DNA of 64,000 bases from Candidatus Omnitrophota bacterium (lineage in GTDB: Bacteria > Omnitrophota > Gorgyraeia > Gygaellales > Profunditerraquicolaceae). The DNA lies in assembly GCA_049517335.1 (NCBI GenBank), contig JBEKSD010000001.1, positions 32,001 through 96,000 of the forward strand, written 5' to 3'. This document shows, piece by piece, positions 47,047 to 57,084 of this stretch. The first letter of the stretch is position 1; the number at the start of each line of letters is the position of its first letter. Below the pieces are notes generated by a model. The model did no database searches. It was given only the letters and a program-made list of their open reading frames with translations, and was not told where the DNA came from. The position numbers were made by a program, and so were the translations under genes.

Positions 47047-48056
47047 AAACCCTGGAAAACATAATCTCAAGATTCAATAAAACCAAAATCCTCGTCATAG
47101 GCGACCTGATACTTGACCAGTATATCTGGGGCTCGGTGGACAGGGTTTCCCCTGAAGCGCCCGTCCCGGTAGTTTGGGCGAATAAACGCACTTATCTTCC
47201 CGGAGGGGCGGCGAATGTGGCAAATAATATTTCTTCCCTCGGAGGCAAAGCAACCCTTGTGGGGGTTATGGGACGCGATAACCACGCCAAAATACTTACG
47301 CAGGAATTGCATAAACGCAACATTGATACGAGGGGGGTTTTCACAGCGCAAAACAGGCATACCATCTTAAAGTCCCGCGTTATCGCCGGGCATCAGCAGA
47401 TAGTCAGGGTTGACTGGGAGAACAGGGAGTCCCTTGGCGCAGGGTTGAACAAAAGAATAATCGGCTTTATTAAAAGGAGTATCTTAGCTTATGACGCGCT
47501 GATTATTGAAGATTACGGCAAGGGCGTAATTAACAAAGACCTATTGGAAGATCTGATTTCGCTTGCACACGAAAATAAGAAGATTATCACCGTTGATCCT
47601 AAAGAGGATCATTTTCAGTTTTACCGGAAAGCAACCACAATTACCCCCAACCGTAAAGAGCTTGAGAATGCTATCCGTAATTTAAAAATAAAGGATGAGG
47701 AAAACCGGTTTAAATTAAATAGCGACCGCCTGTTTACCGACAGAGATATAGATTTGGCGGCGTTTGAGATCATGGAATATCTGGAGCTTGAATCCATACT
47801 CGTTACGCTGGGTGAGCAGGGGATGAAATTATTTGAGAAAGACGGGCGCGCAACCCATATCCCGACACAGGCACAGGCGGTATTTGATGTTTCGGGCGCC
47901 GGAGATACGGTAATTAGCGCATTTACTCTGGGCCTTTCCGCCGGCGCAAAGAAACTTGAAGCTGCGTATATCGCCAATTATGCCGCAGGCATAGTAGTCG
48001 GCAAAGTCGGCACCGCGGTTACCACAAGGGAAGAGCTTTTAAAGAGGATTAAATAG
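47043..48056 (+). CDS. rfaE1: D-glycero-beta-D-manno-heptose-7-phosphate kinase (HldE/RfaE domain I)
   Basis: GDLILD, RVSPEAPVPV, GGAANVA, DYGKG, DVSGAGDT. Confidence 0.94.
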   Translation: MKTLENIISRFNKTKILVIGDLILDQYIWGSVDRVSPEAPVPVVWANKRTYLPGGAANVANNISSLGGKATLVGVMGRDNHAKILTQELHKRNIDTRGVFTAQNRHTILKSRVIAGHQQIVRVDWENRESLGAGLNKRIIGFIKRSILAYDALIIEDYGKGVINKDLLEDLISLAHENKKIITVDPKEDHFQFYRKATTITPNRKELENAIRNLKIKDEENRFKLNSDRLFTDRDIDLAAFEIMEYLELESILVTLGEQGMKLFEKDGRATHIPTQAQAVFDVSGAGDTVISAFTLGLSAGAKKLEAAYIANYAAGIVVGKVGTAVTTREELLKRIK

Positions 48057-48061
48057 GGCAT

Positions 48062-48802
48062 ATGGATGTCATCGGAGTAATTCCGGCGCGGTATTCATCA
48101 ACCAGGTTTGAGGGCAAGGTGCTTGCGGACATAAACGGCAAGCCCATGATCCAACACGTCTGGGAAAGGGCAAAACAGGCAAAAATCCTTGATGAAATCA
48201 TTATCGCCTGCGACCATGAATTGGTGGAGAAAGTTGCCTTAAGGTTCGGCGCAAAAACCGTGCTTACCTCAAAATCGCATATGTGCGGCACAGATAGGAT
48301 CGCCGAGGTAGTAAACCCGTTGGATGTAAAAATTATCGTTAATATTCAGGCTGATGAGCCGTTAATCCATCCCTTGATGATTGATAGTGTTGCCCGGGCG
48401 TTATTGGATGATAAGGATCTTTCTATGGCTACTTTAAGGAAGCGTATAGACGACGAAGCGCTTATCAATGACCCGAATGTAGTCAAGGTTGTGGTGGATA
48501 AGTTTGATTTTGCCCTGTATTTTTCGCGAGCACGCATTCCCTTTCCGGCAGCAAACTCTGAAGTGGAGAAACCGTTATATTACAAGCATATCGGGTTATA
48601 CGCATATACGAAAGATTTCCTTTTCACTTTTAAGAAGCTCCCGGTTTCAAATCTGGAGAAGGCCGAGAAATTGGAGCAGCTCAGGGTTTTGGAAGAGGGT
48701 TTCCGCATCAAGGCAATTGAAACAAAATATGATAGTATCGGCGTGGATACTCCGGATGACCTTCTACGGGTAAAAGAATACCTCGCCCAAGGGAATATCT
48801 AA
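48062..48802 (+). CDS. kdsB: CMP-Kdo synthetase
   Basis: [34 protein letters not shown]. Confidence 0.97.
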   Translation: MDVIGVIPARYSSTRFEGKVLADINGKPMIQHVWERAKQAKILDEIIIACDHELVEKVALRFGAKTVLTSKSHMCGTDRIAEVVNPLDVKIIVNIQADEPLIHPLMIDSVARALLDDKDLSMATLRKRIDDEALINDPNVVKVVVDKFDFALYFSRARIPFPAANSEVEKPLYYKHIGLYAYTKDFLFTFKKLPVSNLEKAEKLEQLRVLEEGFRIKAIETKYDSIGVDTPDDLLRVKEYLAQGNI

Positions 48803-48803
48803 T

Positions 48804-49634
48804 ATGATGACTAAAGAGATAAAAATCAGGGATGTTTTAATCGGAGGCAGTAGTTTTGTTTTAATTGCCGGGCCCTGCGTAATTGAATCAGCAGGCCATT
48901 GCCTTGATACTGCAAAGAGTATCAAAGATATTACGCATAAATTAAACGTGCCCTTTATTTTTAAGTCCAGCTTTGATAAGGCGAACCGGATGTCCCTTGA
49001 ATCATACCGGGGGCCGGGAATAAAAAAAGGCTTAGAGGTCTTAAATAAGGTTAAGCAGCAATTAAAGCTGCCTGTGCTAAGCGATGTCCACTGCATAAGC
49101 GAAATAAAGGAAGCGGCTGTAGTCTTGGATATAATACAGATTCCCGCTTTTTTAAGCAGGCAGACGGATATCGTGGTGGCTGCGGCTAAGACGGGCAAGG
49201 CCGTTAATATCAAAAAGGGACAGTTCTTGGCGCCCTGGGATATGCTGCCCATAATCAAGAAGGTTGAATCTACCGGCAATAAACGGATTATCATTACCGA
49301 GCGGGGAGTAAGTTTCGGGTATAATAATCTGGTTACGGATTTTCGCTCCCTTGCCATTATGCGCGAGTTTGGATACCCTGTAATTTATGACGCAACCCAT
49401 AGCGTCCAGTTGCCGGGCGGCAGAGGTAATTCTTCCGGAGGCCAGCGGAAGTTTGTGGAAGGATTATCCCGCGCAGCAGCAGCTTTTGGATGCGACGGAT
49501 TATTCCTGGAAGTCCACCCGGCTCCGGATAAGGCGCCTTGCGACGGGCCGAATATGATTGACTTAAAACAATTGGAAAAACTATTGAAGCAGGTAAAAAA
49601 GATAGAAAAGACCTTAGGGGAACGGCTAAATTGA
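48804..49634 (+). CDS. kdsA: Kdo-8-phosphate synthase
   Basis: [33 protein letters not shown]. Confidence 0.97.
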   Translation: MMTKEIKIRDVLIGGSSFVLIAGPCVIESAGHCLDTAKSIKDITHKLNVPFIFKSSFDKANRMSLESYRGPGIKKGLEVLNKVKQQLKLPVLSDVHCISEIKEAAVVLDIIQIPAFLSRQTDIVVAAAKTGKAVNIKKGQFLAPWDMLPIIKKVESTGNKRIIITERGVSFGYNNLVTDFRSLAIMREFGYPVIYDATHSVQLPGGRGNSSGGQRKFVEGLSRAAAAFGCDGLFLEVHPAPDKAPCDGPNMIDLKQLEKLLKQVKKIEKTLGERLN

Positions 49635-49638
49635 ACAT

Positions 49639-50607
49639 ATGAAAATAAATATCATAAAAAGGGCAAAGGAAGTTTTGGAGATCGAAGCTTGCGCGATTAC
49701 AGATCTAAAAAACCATGTAGGTAGGGATTTTGAAAAAGCGGTAAATTTGATTTTGAAATCCAAAGGCCGCATCGTGGTAAGCGGTATGGGTAAAACCGGT
49801 ATTATCGCCCAGAAATTTTCAGCCACTTTAGCTTCAACCGGCACCCCCAGTTTATTTTTGCATACTGCAGAGGCAATCCACGGAGATCTCGGTAAAGTAA
49901 TTGCTGATGACGTAGTTATTATCCTTTCAAACAGCGGCTCAACCGAAGAGATGAAACAGCTCTTGCCTTTGTTAAAAAAAATCGGATGCAAGGTAATTGC
50001 CATGACTGGCAATATAAAATCCGTTTTAGCAAAATACAGCGATATAGTTTTGGACGTTTCGGTAAAAAAAGAGGCCTGCCCACTGGGGTTGGCTCCTACG
50101 GCGTCCACCACGGCGGTTTTGGCTATGTGTGATGCCTTGGCAATATGCCTACTGGAATTAAAAGGGTTTAAGGAAAAGGATTTTGCTTTTTTCCATCCGG
50201 GAGGCGCGTTGGGCAAACGGCTGCTTTTAAGGGTTGAAGAGATCATGAGGCGTGGCGAGGCAAACCCTATTGTTAATGAGGACAAATTAGTCCCGGAAGT
50301 TTTATTGAAAATTACTCAGGCGCGCGCGGGTTCGGCAACAGTGGTAGATAAAAAAGGTAAGCTTACCGGGATTTTTACGGACGGCGACCTGCGCCGGCAC
50401 CTTGAGCTGGAAAAAGACCTTAGTGGACAGAAAATCGGGAAAGTAATGACTAAAAATCCCACGGCAGTGAATAAAGAGATGCTGGCAGCGGAAGCGATGC
50501 GGATTTTACAGTTGAAAAAAATAGACGAACTCCCCGTAGTGGATAAATTTAACCGCCCCGTAGGCCTGCTTGATGTTCAGGACTTACTTAAAGCAGGGCT
50601 CGTTTAG
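49639..50607 (+). CDS. kdsD: Arabinose-5-phosphate isomerase (KpsF/GutQ)
   Basis: GMGKTG, EAIHGDLG, EACPLGLAPTAST, HPGG, CBS pair. Confidence 0.96.
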   Translation: MKINIIKRAKEVLEIEACAITDLKNHVGRDFEKAVNLILKSKGRIVVSGMGKTGIIAQKFSATLASTGTPSLFLHTAEAIHGDLGKVIADDVVIILSNSGSTEEMKQLLPLLKKIGCKVIAMTGNIKSVLAKYSDIVLDVSVKKEACPLGLAPTASTTAVLAMCDALAICLLELKGFKEKDFAFFHPGGALGKRLLLRVEEIMRRGEANPIVNEDKLVPEVLLKITQARAGSATVVDKKGKLTGIFTDGDLRRHLELEKDLSGQKIGKVMTKNPTAVNKEMLAAEAMRILQLKKIDELPVVDKFNRPVGLLDVQDLLKAGLV

Positions 50608-50612
50608 ACAAA

Positions 50613-51155
50613 ATGTTAAATATGGAAGTAAAGCAGGAGTTAAGGGAACTGGCAGGCAAGGTTAAATTATTATTGCTTGATGTTGACGGCGTGCTTACGG
50701 ACGGGCGCATTATTTATGATTCGCGTGGTAGGGATTCAAAATTTTTTGACGTACACGACGGGATGGGCGTGTACGCCTTAAATAAGGTGGGGATTAAAAC
50801 AGTGCTTATCACCGCCAAGGGTTCGCGTTCCATAATCCCGCGGGCCCGCGACATGCGCGTCGCCGAAGTATTTGCGGATGTGTCCCCCAAATCTTCCGTG
50901 CTGGATAAAATCCTGAAGAAATATAAAGTGGATATGAGCGAAGTGGCTTTTGTAGGTGATGACCTCGTGGATATCTGTCTTATGAAAAGAGTGGGTTTTC
51001 CGATAGCGGTTTTTAACGCCTGTCCGGAAGTGAAGCTCGCCGCCAGTTACATTACCTTGAAATCCGGGGGGCGGGGAGCGGTGCGCGAGGTGGCCGAACT
51101 TATCTTAAAATCACAGAATAAATGGGAGAAAATCGTAAAGTTCTATAATGTTTAA
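50613..51155 (+). CDS. kdsC: Kdo-8-phosphate phosphatase
   Basis: DVDGVLTDG, GDDLVD, GGRGAVRE. Confidence 0.95.
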   Translation: MLNMEVKQELRELAGKVKLLLLDVDGVLTDGRIIYDSRGRDSKFFDVHDGMGVYALNKVGIKTVLITAKGSRSIIPRARDMRVAEVFADVSPKSSVLDKILKKYKVDMSEVAFVGDDLVDICLMKRVGFPIAVFNACPEVKLAASYITLKSGGRGAVREVAELILKSQNKWEKIVKFYNV

Positions 51156-52059
51156 AAAAATATTAATTTGCGCTTTTATAATTTTTTTATTGAAACCACC
51201 GGCTCATGCGGCAGAAGAGCCTGCGAATACGGACTCCGGACAGCAGATTAATGATTTTTCCCTCTCCGGTTACGGCGAAAAAGGAAAGAAAAGCTGGGAT
51301 GTTTCCGGCAAGTCCGCGGATATATTCAATGACGTGGTAAAGATGAACAAGGTTGTCGGCAATATGTACGGCGACGACGAGAACATAAAGCTTACCTCCG
51401 AAAGGGGAGATTTTAACAAGGCGGAAGGCAAGGTGCATTTGCAGGATAATGTAGTTATTACCACCTCTTCGGGCGCTAAACTTACTACCGACTCTCTTGA
51501 TTGGGATAGGAAGGCCCAGTTCGTGTCGACAAAAGATCTGGTCAACATCCAGAAAGACGGTATGACTCTGGTGGCAATAGGGGCAAGGGGCGAGACGAAT
51601 TTAAAGACAGTGGCTTTAGAGAAGAATGTCCGGCTTGATATTGACCAGCAGACTAAAGGTGAATCAGGCCTAACGGATGAAAAAAATAAAATAATAATCA
51701 CCTGCGACGGCCCGCTGGAGATTGATTATGAGAAAAATGTTGCTGTTTTTAAGAATAATGTTAAAGTAGAAAGGCCTGACTCGGTTATTTACAGTGATAA
51801 AATGGACGTATTTTTTATCCGAAGTAGGGAATCCAAGGCTCAGGATAAAAAAGAAGAAAAGAAGTCTTCTGGAATAATGTCCGGCAGTAAAATCGATAGG
51901 ATAGTTGCCCGCGGTAATGTGAAAGTTACCAGAGGGCAAAATACGTCGTTTAGCGATGAAGCAGTTTATTCTGCCGCGGACCAGAAGCTGATTTTAAGCG
52001 GAAGGCCTAAGCTTGTGATTTATTCCACGGAGGATCTGAATGCACCTGTTGGAAATTAA
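51148..52059 (+). CDS. LptC-LptA-like fusion (LPS transport periplasmic bridge)
   Basis: Signal/TM, LptC-like half (LTTDSL.W), OstA/LptA-like half (A.F..NVKV, A.GNVKV, L.G.P); between kdsC and lptB. Confidence 0.8.
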   Translation: MFKKILICAFIIFLLKPPAHAAEEPANTDSGQQINDFSLSGYGEKGKKSWDVSGKSADIFNDVVKMNKVVGNMYGDDENIKLTSERGDFNKAEGKVHLQDNVVITTSSGAKLTTDSLDWDRKAQFVSTKDLVNIQKDGMTLVAIGARGETNLKTVALEKNVRLDIDQQTKGESGLTDEKNKIIITCDGPLEIDYEKNVAVFKNNVKVERPDSVIYSDKMDVFFIRSRESKAQDKKEEKKSSGIMSGSKIDRIVARGNVKVTRGQNTSFSDEAVYSAADQKLILSGRPKLVIYSTEDLNAPVGN

Positions 52060-52762
52060 AGGGTTAAGCAAGTCTTACGACGGAAGGGAAGTGGTCAAGG
52101 GAGTAGACCTTCTGGTAAAGCGGGGCGAGATCGTCGGGCTGCTGGGTCCCAACGGGGCGGGAAAGACCACGACGTTTTACATGGTAGTTGGGATTATCCC
52201 TCCCAACCGGGGAAAGATTATTTTTGATAATAACGATATCACCTCCCTGCCCATACACGAACGCGCACGTTGCGGTATCGGCTATCTTTCGCAGGAGGCG
52301 TCCATTTTCAGGAAACTTACGGTTGAAGGAAATATTATGGCAATACTTGAGACTTTGCCTATCGGTAAACAGGAAAGGAAACACAGGCTGAAAGCTTTAT
52401 TAGAAGAGTTGAATATTTCTCATCTTGCCAAAAATAAGGCTTATACCTTATCCGGCGGCGAGAGAAGGCGTCTTGAGATTACGCGCGCGCTGGTCACAAA
52501 TCCGTCTTTCATACTTTTAGATGAGCCTTTTTCGGGCATTGACCCTATCGTAGTTAATGAAGCGCAGGAGATTATCAAAGAATTAAGGGATAAGGGCTTA
52601 GGGATCTTGCTTACCGACCACAATGTCAGAGAGACACTCTCCATAACGGACAGGGCTTATTTAATCGCGGAAGGAAAGATACTTATTTCTGGCACGGCAA
52701 ACGACCTGATAAATGACCCGCAGGCCCGGCAGGTTTACTTGGGTGAGAAGTTCAGTATGTAA
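52040..52762 (+). CDS. lptB: LPS export ABC ATPase
   Basis: [39 protein letters not shown]. Confidence 0.97.
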   Translation: MHLLEIKGLSKSYDGREVVKGVDLLVKRGEIVGLLGPNGAGKTTTFYMVVGIIPPNRGKIIFDNNDITSLPIHERARCGIGYLSQEASIFRKLTVEGNIMAILETLPIGKQERKHRLKALLEELNISHLAKNKAYTLSGGERRRLEITRALVTNPSFILLDEPFSGIDPIVVNEAQEIIKELRDKGLGILLTDHNVRETLSITDRAYLIAEGKILISGTANDLINDPQARQVYLGEKFSM

Positions 52763-52798
52763 GTTACGGATTCATTTAAGAAAGGAAACAAAGTTAGC

Positions 52799-53677
52799 AT
52801 GAAAATTTCAGTTAAGAAACTCGATGACAATAAGAGGGAAATTATTGTTGAAGCAGGTGACGATATCGTCAAGAATAAATTTGAGGATGTTTTCAAAAAG
52901 ATAACTCAGGAAGCGAAGGTTCCCGGTTTCCGGCCGGGACACGCGCCGCGTGATTTAGTGGAAAAACATTATGGTTCTGCCGTGCACGAGCAGGTTCTAA
53001 AGGAGCTGGTGCCCGATATCTATAATCAGGCAATTGATAAGGAGGGCTTGGACGTCATTGAGCTACCCCAGATTACAGACGTAAAACTTAACCGCGAAAG
53101 CCTTATCTTAAAAGCAACGGTTGAGGTGAGTCCGGAAATAGAGGTAAAGAATTATAAGGGCATAAAAATTGATTACAGGAAAGTTGAGGTAACTGCCGAT
53201 GACATTAAGCGCAGCATTGATTCGGTAAAAGAATCCCGCAAGCTTGAGAAAGCGGATGAGAGCTTCGCAAAGACGTTAGGTTACCCCAGCATGCAAGAGT
53301 TGGAGAAAACTTTTGAGAAACAGATATACCTGCATAAAGAGAATCAGGAACGCCAGAGGATAGAGAATGAGATAATCTTAAATATAAGTAAGGGGTTGGA
53401 TTTTAAAGTCCCACAGTTACTGGTTGAGCGCCAGCTGCAGGATATGCTCAGGCAGACCAAGGTGGATTTAGCCATAAAAGGCGTAGCGCGCGAGAAGATA
53501 GAAGAGCAGGAAAAAACCATGCTCTCTGAGCTTGAGCCTGAGGCAAGGAATCAGGTCAAGATTTACCTTATATTATCGGCGATTGCTAAAAAAGAAAATA
53601 TTACTTTGGACGACCATATGCCGCGTCATGTCATGGAGTTCCTGTTAAGGGAAGCGGACTGGAAAGAAGCAGCTTAA
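52799..53677 (+). CDS. tig: Trigger factor, short form
   Basis: PGFRPGHAP ribosome-binding loop; 292 aa; upstream of clpP. Confidence 0.88.
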   Translation: MKISVKKLDDNKREIIVEAGDDIVKNKFEDVFKKITQEAKVPGFRPGHAPRDLVEKHYGSAVHEQVLKELVPDIYNQAIDKEGLDVIELPQITDVKLNRESLILKATVEVSPEIEVKNYKGIKIDYRKVEVTADDIKRSIDSVKESRKLEKADESFAKTLGYPSMQELEKTFEKQIYLHKENQERQRIENEIILNISKGLDFKVPQLLVERQLQDMLRQTKVDLAIKGVAREKIEEQEKTMLSELEPEARNQVKIYLILSAIAKKENITLDDHMPRHVMEFLLREADWKEAA

Positions 53678-53691
53678 AACGGAGGTGTGAT

Positions 53692-54300
53692 ATGAGCATT
53701 AAGGCCCAAACATTAGTTCCCATGGTTATAGAGCAGACTTCCCGGGGTTACGAACGCGCCTATGATATTTATTCGCGCTTACTTAAAGACCGCATCGTAT
53801 TCATTGGTACTCCTATTGATGATTATGTTGCCAACCTCATTATTGCGCAATTATTGTTCTTGCAAATGGAAGAGGTAAGTAAGGATATCGCGGTTTATAT
53901 CAATTCTCCGGGAGGCTCGGTAACCGCAGGCCTTGCAATTTATGACACCATACAGTTTGTCAAATGTGATGTGGCAACTTACTGCGTGGGCCAGGCATCA
54001 AGCATGGGGGCAATACTGCTTGCCGCGGGCGTTAAAGGAAAGAGGCATGCGCTTCCCAATTCAAGGATCATGATCCACCAGCCTTGGGGCGGGGTGCAGG
54101 GCGCTGCCGAAGATATCTCGCGCCATGCCAAAGAAATATTAAAGATGCGCGACAGGATAAATGAAATATTGGCAAAACATACCGGAAACCCGCTGGAGAA
54201 GATTGAAAAGGACACTGACCGCGATTATTTTATGTCGGCGGAAGAGGCAAAAGAATACGGTTTGATTGACGAAGTAATTATAGAGCAGAAAAAGAAGTAG
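53692..54300 (+). CDS. clpP: ATP-dependent Clp protease proteolytic subunit
   Basis: [28 protein letters not shown]. Confidence 0.98.
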   Translation: MSIKAQTLVPMVIEQTSRGYERAYDIYSRLLKDRIVFIGTPIDDYVANLIIAQLLFLQMEEVSKDIAVYINSPGGSVTAGLAIYDTIQFVKCDVATYCVGQASSMGAILLAAGVKGKRHALPNSRIMIHQPWGGVQGAAEDISRHAKEILKMRDRINEILAKHTGNPLEKIEKDTDRDYFMSAEEAKEYGLIDEVIIEQKKK

Positions 54301-54350
54301 ATAATATTAGTGACGAATTTCAAAATAAAGGTTTTGTAGGAGGATATCTA

Positions 54351-55487
54351 ATGAAGAAGAATTACTTACTTACGCCCGGGCCCACGCCGTTGCCGCCGCA
54401 GGTTTTGGAGGCAATGAGCAGGCCGATTATACACCACCGCACCCCGCAATTTCAGGAGATACTTAAGGAAGCGACTGAGGGCTTAAAATACGTATATCAG
54501 ACTAAGAATGACGTCTTTATACTTACTTCTTCCGGAACGGGAGCAATGGAAGCAGCGGTGGTAAATCTTCTTTCTCCTCAGGATATCGCTTTAGTTGTAC
54601 AGGGCGGTAAATTCGGCGAGAGATGGGCTGAGATTTGTAAGGCCTTCGGTATTAATACCGATATAATTAACGTGGAGTGGGGGAAAGCCGTAGAGCCGAA
54701 AGAGATAGCTGCCAAGCTTAAAAACAATCCAAAGATTAAAGCCGTATTTACTACCCTTTGCGAAACCTCAACCGGCGTAAATAACGATATTGAAGCAATC
54801 GGCAAGGTTGTGGCTGGTTCCGAGGCAGCCTTAGTTGTTGATGCCATAAGCGGTTTAGGCGCAATTGACTTAAAAACCGATGCCTGGTCGTGTGACGTTG
54901 TTGTTTCTGGCTCCCAGAAGGGCTTTATGCTGCCTCCGGGGTTGGGTTTTATTTCGGTGAGCGCAAAAGCGTGGAAATTAATTGAAGACTCAAAAAGCCC
55001 TCGTTATTACCTTGATTTAAGGAAAACAAAAAAAGCTATTGAGAAGACCGATACGCCGTTTACTCCTGCGATAACGCTGGTTATCGCGCTTGTTGAAGTG
55101 CTGAAGATGATTAAGCAAGACGGACTGGAGAATGTATTTAACCGGCATGAAAGAATGGCTCAAGCAGTAAGAGCGGCAATGAAGGGGCTGGGTTTGGAAT
55201 TATTCGCGCCTAGTGCCGCATCCGGTGCTGTCACCGCAGTCAAGGTTCCTGCGGGCCTTGACGCTGAAAAACTGGTCAAAACCATGCGCGATACTTACGG
55301 GGTCACCATTGCCGGCGGGCAGGATGAATTGAGGGGTAAGGTTTTCCGCATCGCGCATATGGGTTTTATCGGAGAGTTCGATATTATCACAGTTATATCG
55401 TGTTTAGAGAAAGTTTTGCAGCAGATGGGCTATAAGTTCGTTTTAGGTGAAGGCGTAAGAGCAGCGGAAGAAGTATTTTTAAGATAA
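54351..55487 (+). CDS. Class V aminotransferase (serine-pyruvate/AGT family; likely phosphoserine aminotransferase role)
   Basis: TPGP, SGTGAME, ETSTG, VDAIS, GSQKG; adjacent to serA. Confidence 0.88.
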   Translation: MKKNYLLTPGPTPLPPQVLEAMSRPIIHHRTPQFQEILKEATEGLKYVYQTKNDVFILTSSGTGAMEAAVVNLLSPQDIALVVQGGKFGERWAEICKAFGINTDIINVEWGKAVEPKEIAAKLKNNPKIKAVFTTLCETSTGVNNDIEAIGKVVAGSEAALVVDAISGLGAIDLKTDAWSCDVVVSGSQKGFMLPPGLGFISVSAKAWKLIEDSKSPRYYLDLRKTKKAIEKTDTPFTPAITLVIALVEVLKMIKQDGLENVFNRHERMAQAVRAAMKGLGLELFAPSAASGAVTAVKVPAGLDAEKLVKTMRDTYGVTIAGGQDELRGKVFRIAHMGFIGEFDIITVISCLEKVLQQMGYKFVLGEGVRAAEEVFLR

Positions 55488-55497
55488 GGAGTCAGAA

Positions 55498-57084
55498 ATG
55501 TTCAAGATATTAGTCAGTGATCCCCTTTCGGAAGAGGGGTTAAAAATCCTAAAAGAGGTAAAAGAATTTCAGGTTGATGTCAAGACCGACCTTAAACCGG
55601 ATTCCTTAAAAGAAGCAATCAGGGACTACGATGCCCTTGTTGTGCGTTCCGCAACCAAAGTTACCAAGGAGATCATCGCGGAGGCGGGAAAATTAAAAGT
55701 AATCGGTCGCGCGGGAGTAGGGTTGGATAATGTTGATTTGGAAGCGGCAACTACCAAGGGTATTATTGTCATGAATACTCCGGGTGGAAATACAATTTCA
55801 ACCGCGGAGCATACCATGAGCATGATTCTTTCGCTTTCGCGCAATATACCGCAGGCGAACAGTTCTACAAAAAAGGGCGAATGGAAACGTTCAAAATTTA
55901 TGGGTGTTGAGCTTTACGGTAAAACGCTCGGCATAGCCGGTTTCGGCAGGATTGGTTCGGAAGTCGCCAAAAGGGCGCTTTCATTCGGAATGAGGGTTTT
56001 GGCGTTTGACCCCTTTTTATCGCGTGAAGTCGCACAGGCAATAGGTGTTGAGGTTGTAGAGTTAAAAGATATACTGGAGAGTGCGGATTATATCACCGTG
56101 CATACTCCCCTGACCGAAGAAACCAAACACATGATTTCTAAGAAAGAATTCGCCGCAATGAAAAAGGGCGTGCGTATCGTAAACTGCGCAAGAGGCGGGA
56201 TTATTGACGAAGTAGCCTTGATTGCGGCCATTAAAGAAGGTAAAGTTGCCGGAGCAGCGCTTGACGTCTTTGAACAGGAACCGGTATCACCGGAAAATGA
56301 ATTGTTAAAACTGGAAAATGTAATCGTTGCGCCGCACTTGGGCGCTTCTACGGAAGAAGCACAGGTGAATGTGGCCATAGAAGTTGCGGAAATTGTCCGT
56401 GACGCTTTGCTTGGGAGAGGCATCCGCAATGCCGCAAATTACCCCTGCCTTAAGGCGGAAGTCTGCAAGATCATAGAGCCTTATATTAATCTGGCTGAGA
56501 AAATCGGCGCGTTCGCAAGCCAGCTGGCTGAAGGAAGGACGCAGGAATTGAATATTACTTACGGCGGAGATATTATCCAGTATGATTTAAGCAGCCTGAC
56601 TCTGGCTATCGTCAAAGGAGTACTCTATCCGATTATGCAGGAGACGGTAAATTTTGTCAACGCCGTGGCCTTAGCCAAAGAAAGAGGCATTAAGATAAAT
56701 GAAGTAAAATCTTCCAAGGAAGAAGAATTCGTCAACCTCATACAGCTAGAGATTAAGACCGACAAAGAGGCGCGAAAAATACTCGGCACTCTTTCTTCCA
56801 ATAAGCAGCCGCGTATCGTTAAAATTGACGAATACTATCTGGACCTTTCGCCCGTGGGGGTAATGATATTTATCCGGAACTGGGATAAACCGGGCTTAAT
56901 CGGCAGCCTCGGTACGTTCTTGGGTAAACAGAACATCAATATCGCGACGATGACTTTTGGCCGCGATAAGCCGGGAGGAAGAGCAATCAGCGTTTTGAAC
57001 GTGGACAGCCCTATCCCGTCTGCCATGCAGGAGCAAATCCGGAAATTAGAGAATATTCTGACGGTAAAAGTAATTAAGGCATGA
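55498..57084 (+). CDS. serA: D-3-phosphoglycerate dehydrogenase
   Basis: RAGVGLDN, GFGRIG, NCARGG, PHLGAST.EAQ, C-terminal ACT. Confidence 0.96.
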   Translation: MFKILVSDPLSEEGLKILKEVKEFQVDVKTDLKPDSLKEAIRDYDALVVRSATKVTKEIIAEAGKLKVIGRAGVGLDNVDLEAATTKGIIVMNTPGGNTISTAEHTMSMILSLSRNIPQANSSTKKGEWKRSKFMGVELYGKTLGIAGFGRIGSEVAKRALSFGMRVLAFDPFLSREVAQAIGVEVVELKDILESADYITVHTPLTEETKHMISKKEFAAMKKGVRIVNCARGGIIDEVALIAAIKEGKVAGAALDVFEQEPVSPENELLKLENVIVAPHLGASTEEAQVNVAIEVAEIVRDALLGRGIRNAANYPCLKAEVCKIIEPYINLAEKIGAFASQLAEGRTQELNITYGGDIIQYDLSSLTLAIVKGVLYPIMQETVNFVNAVALAKERGIKINEVKSSKEEEFVNLIQLEIKTDKEARKILGTLSSNKQPRIVKIDEYYLDLSPVGVMIFIRNWDKPGLIGSLGTFLGKQNINIATMTFGRDKPGGRAISVLNVDSPIPSAMQEQIRKLENILTVKVIKA

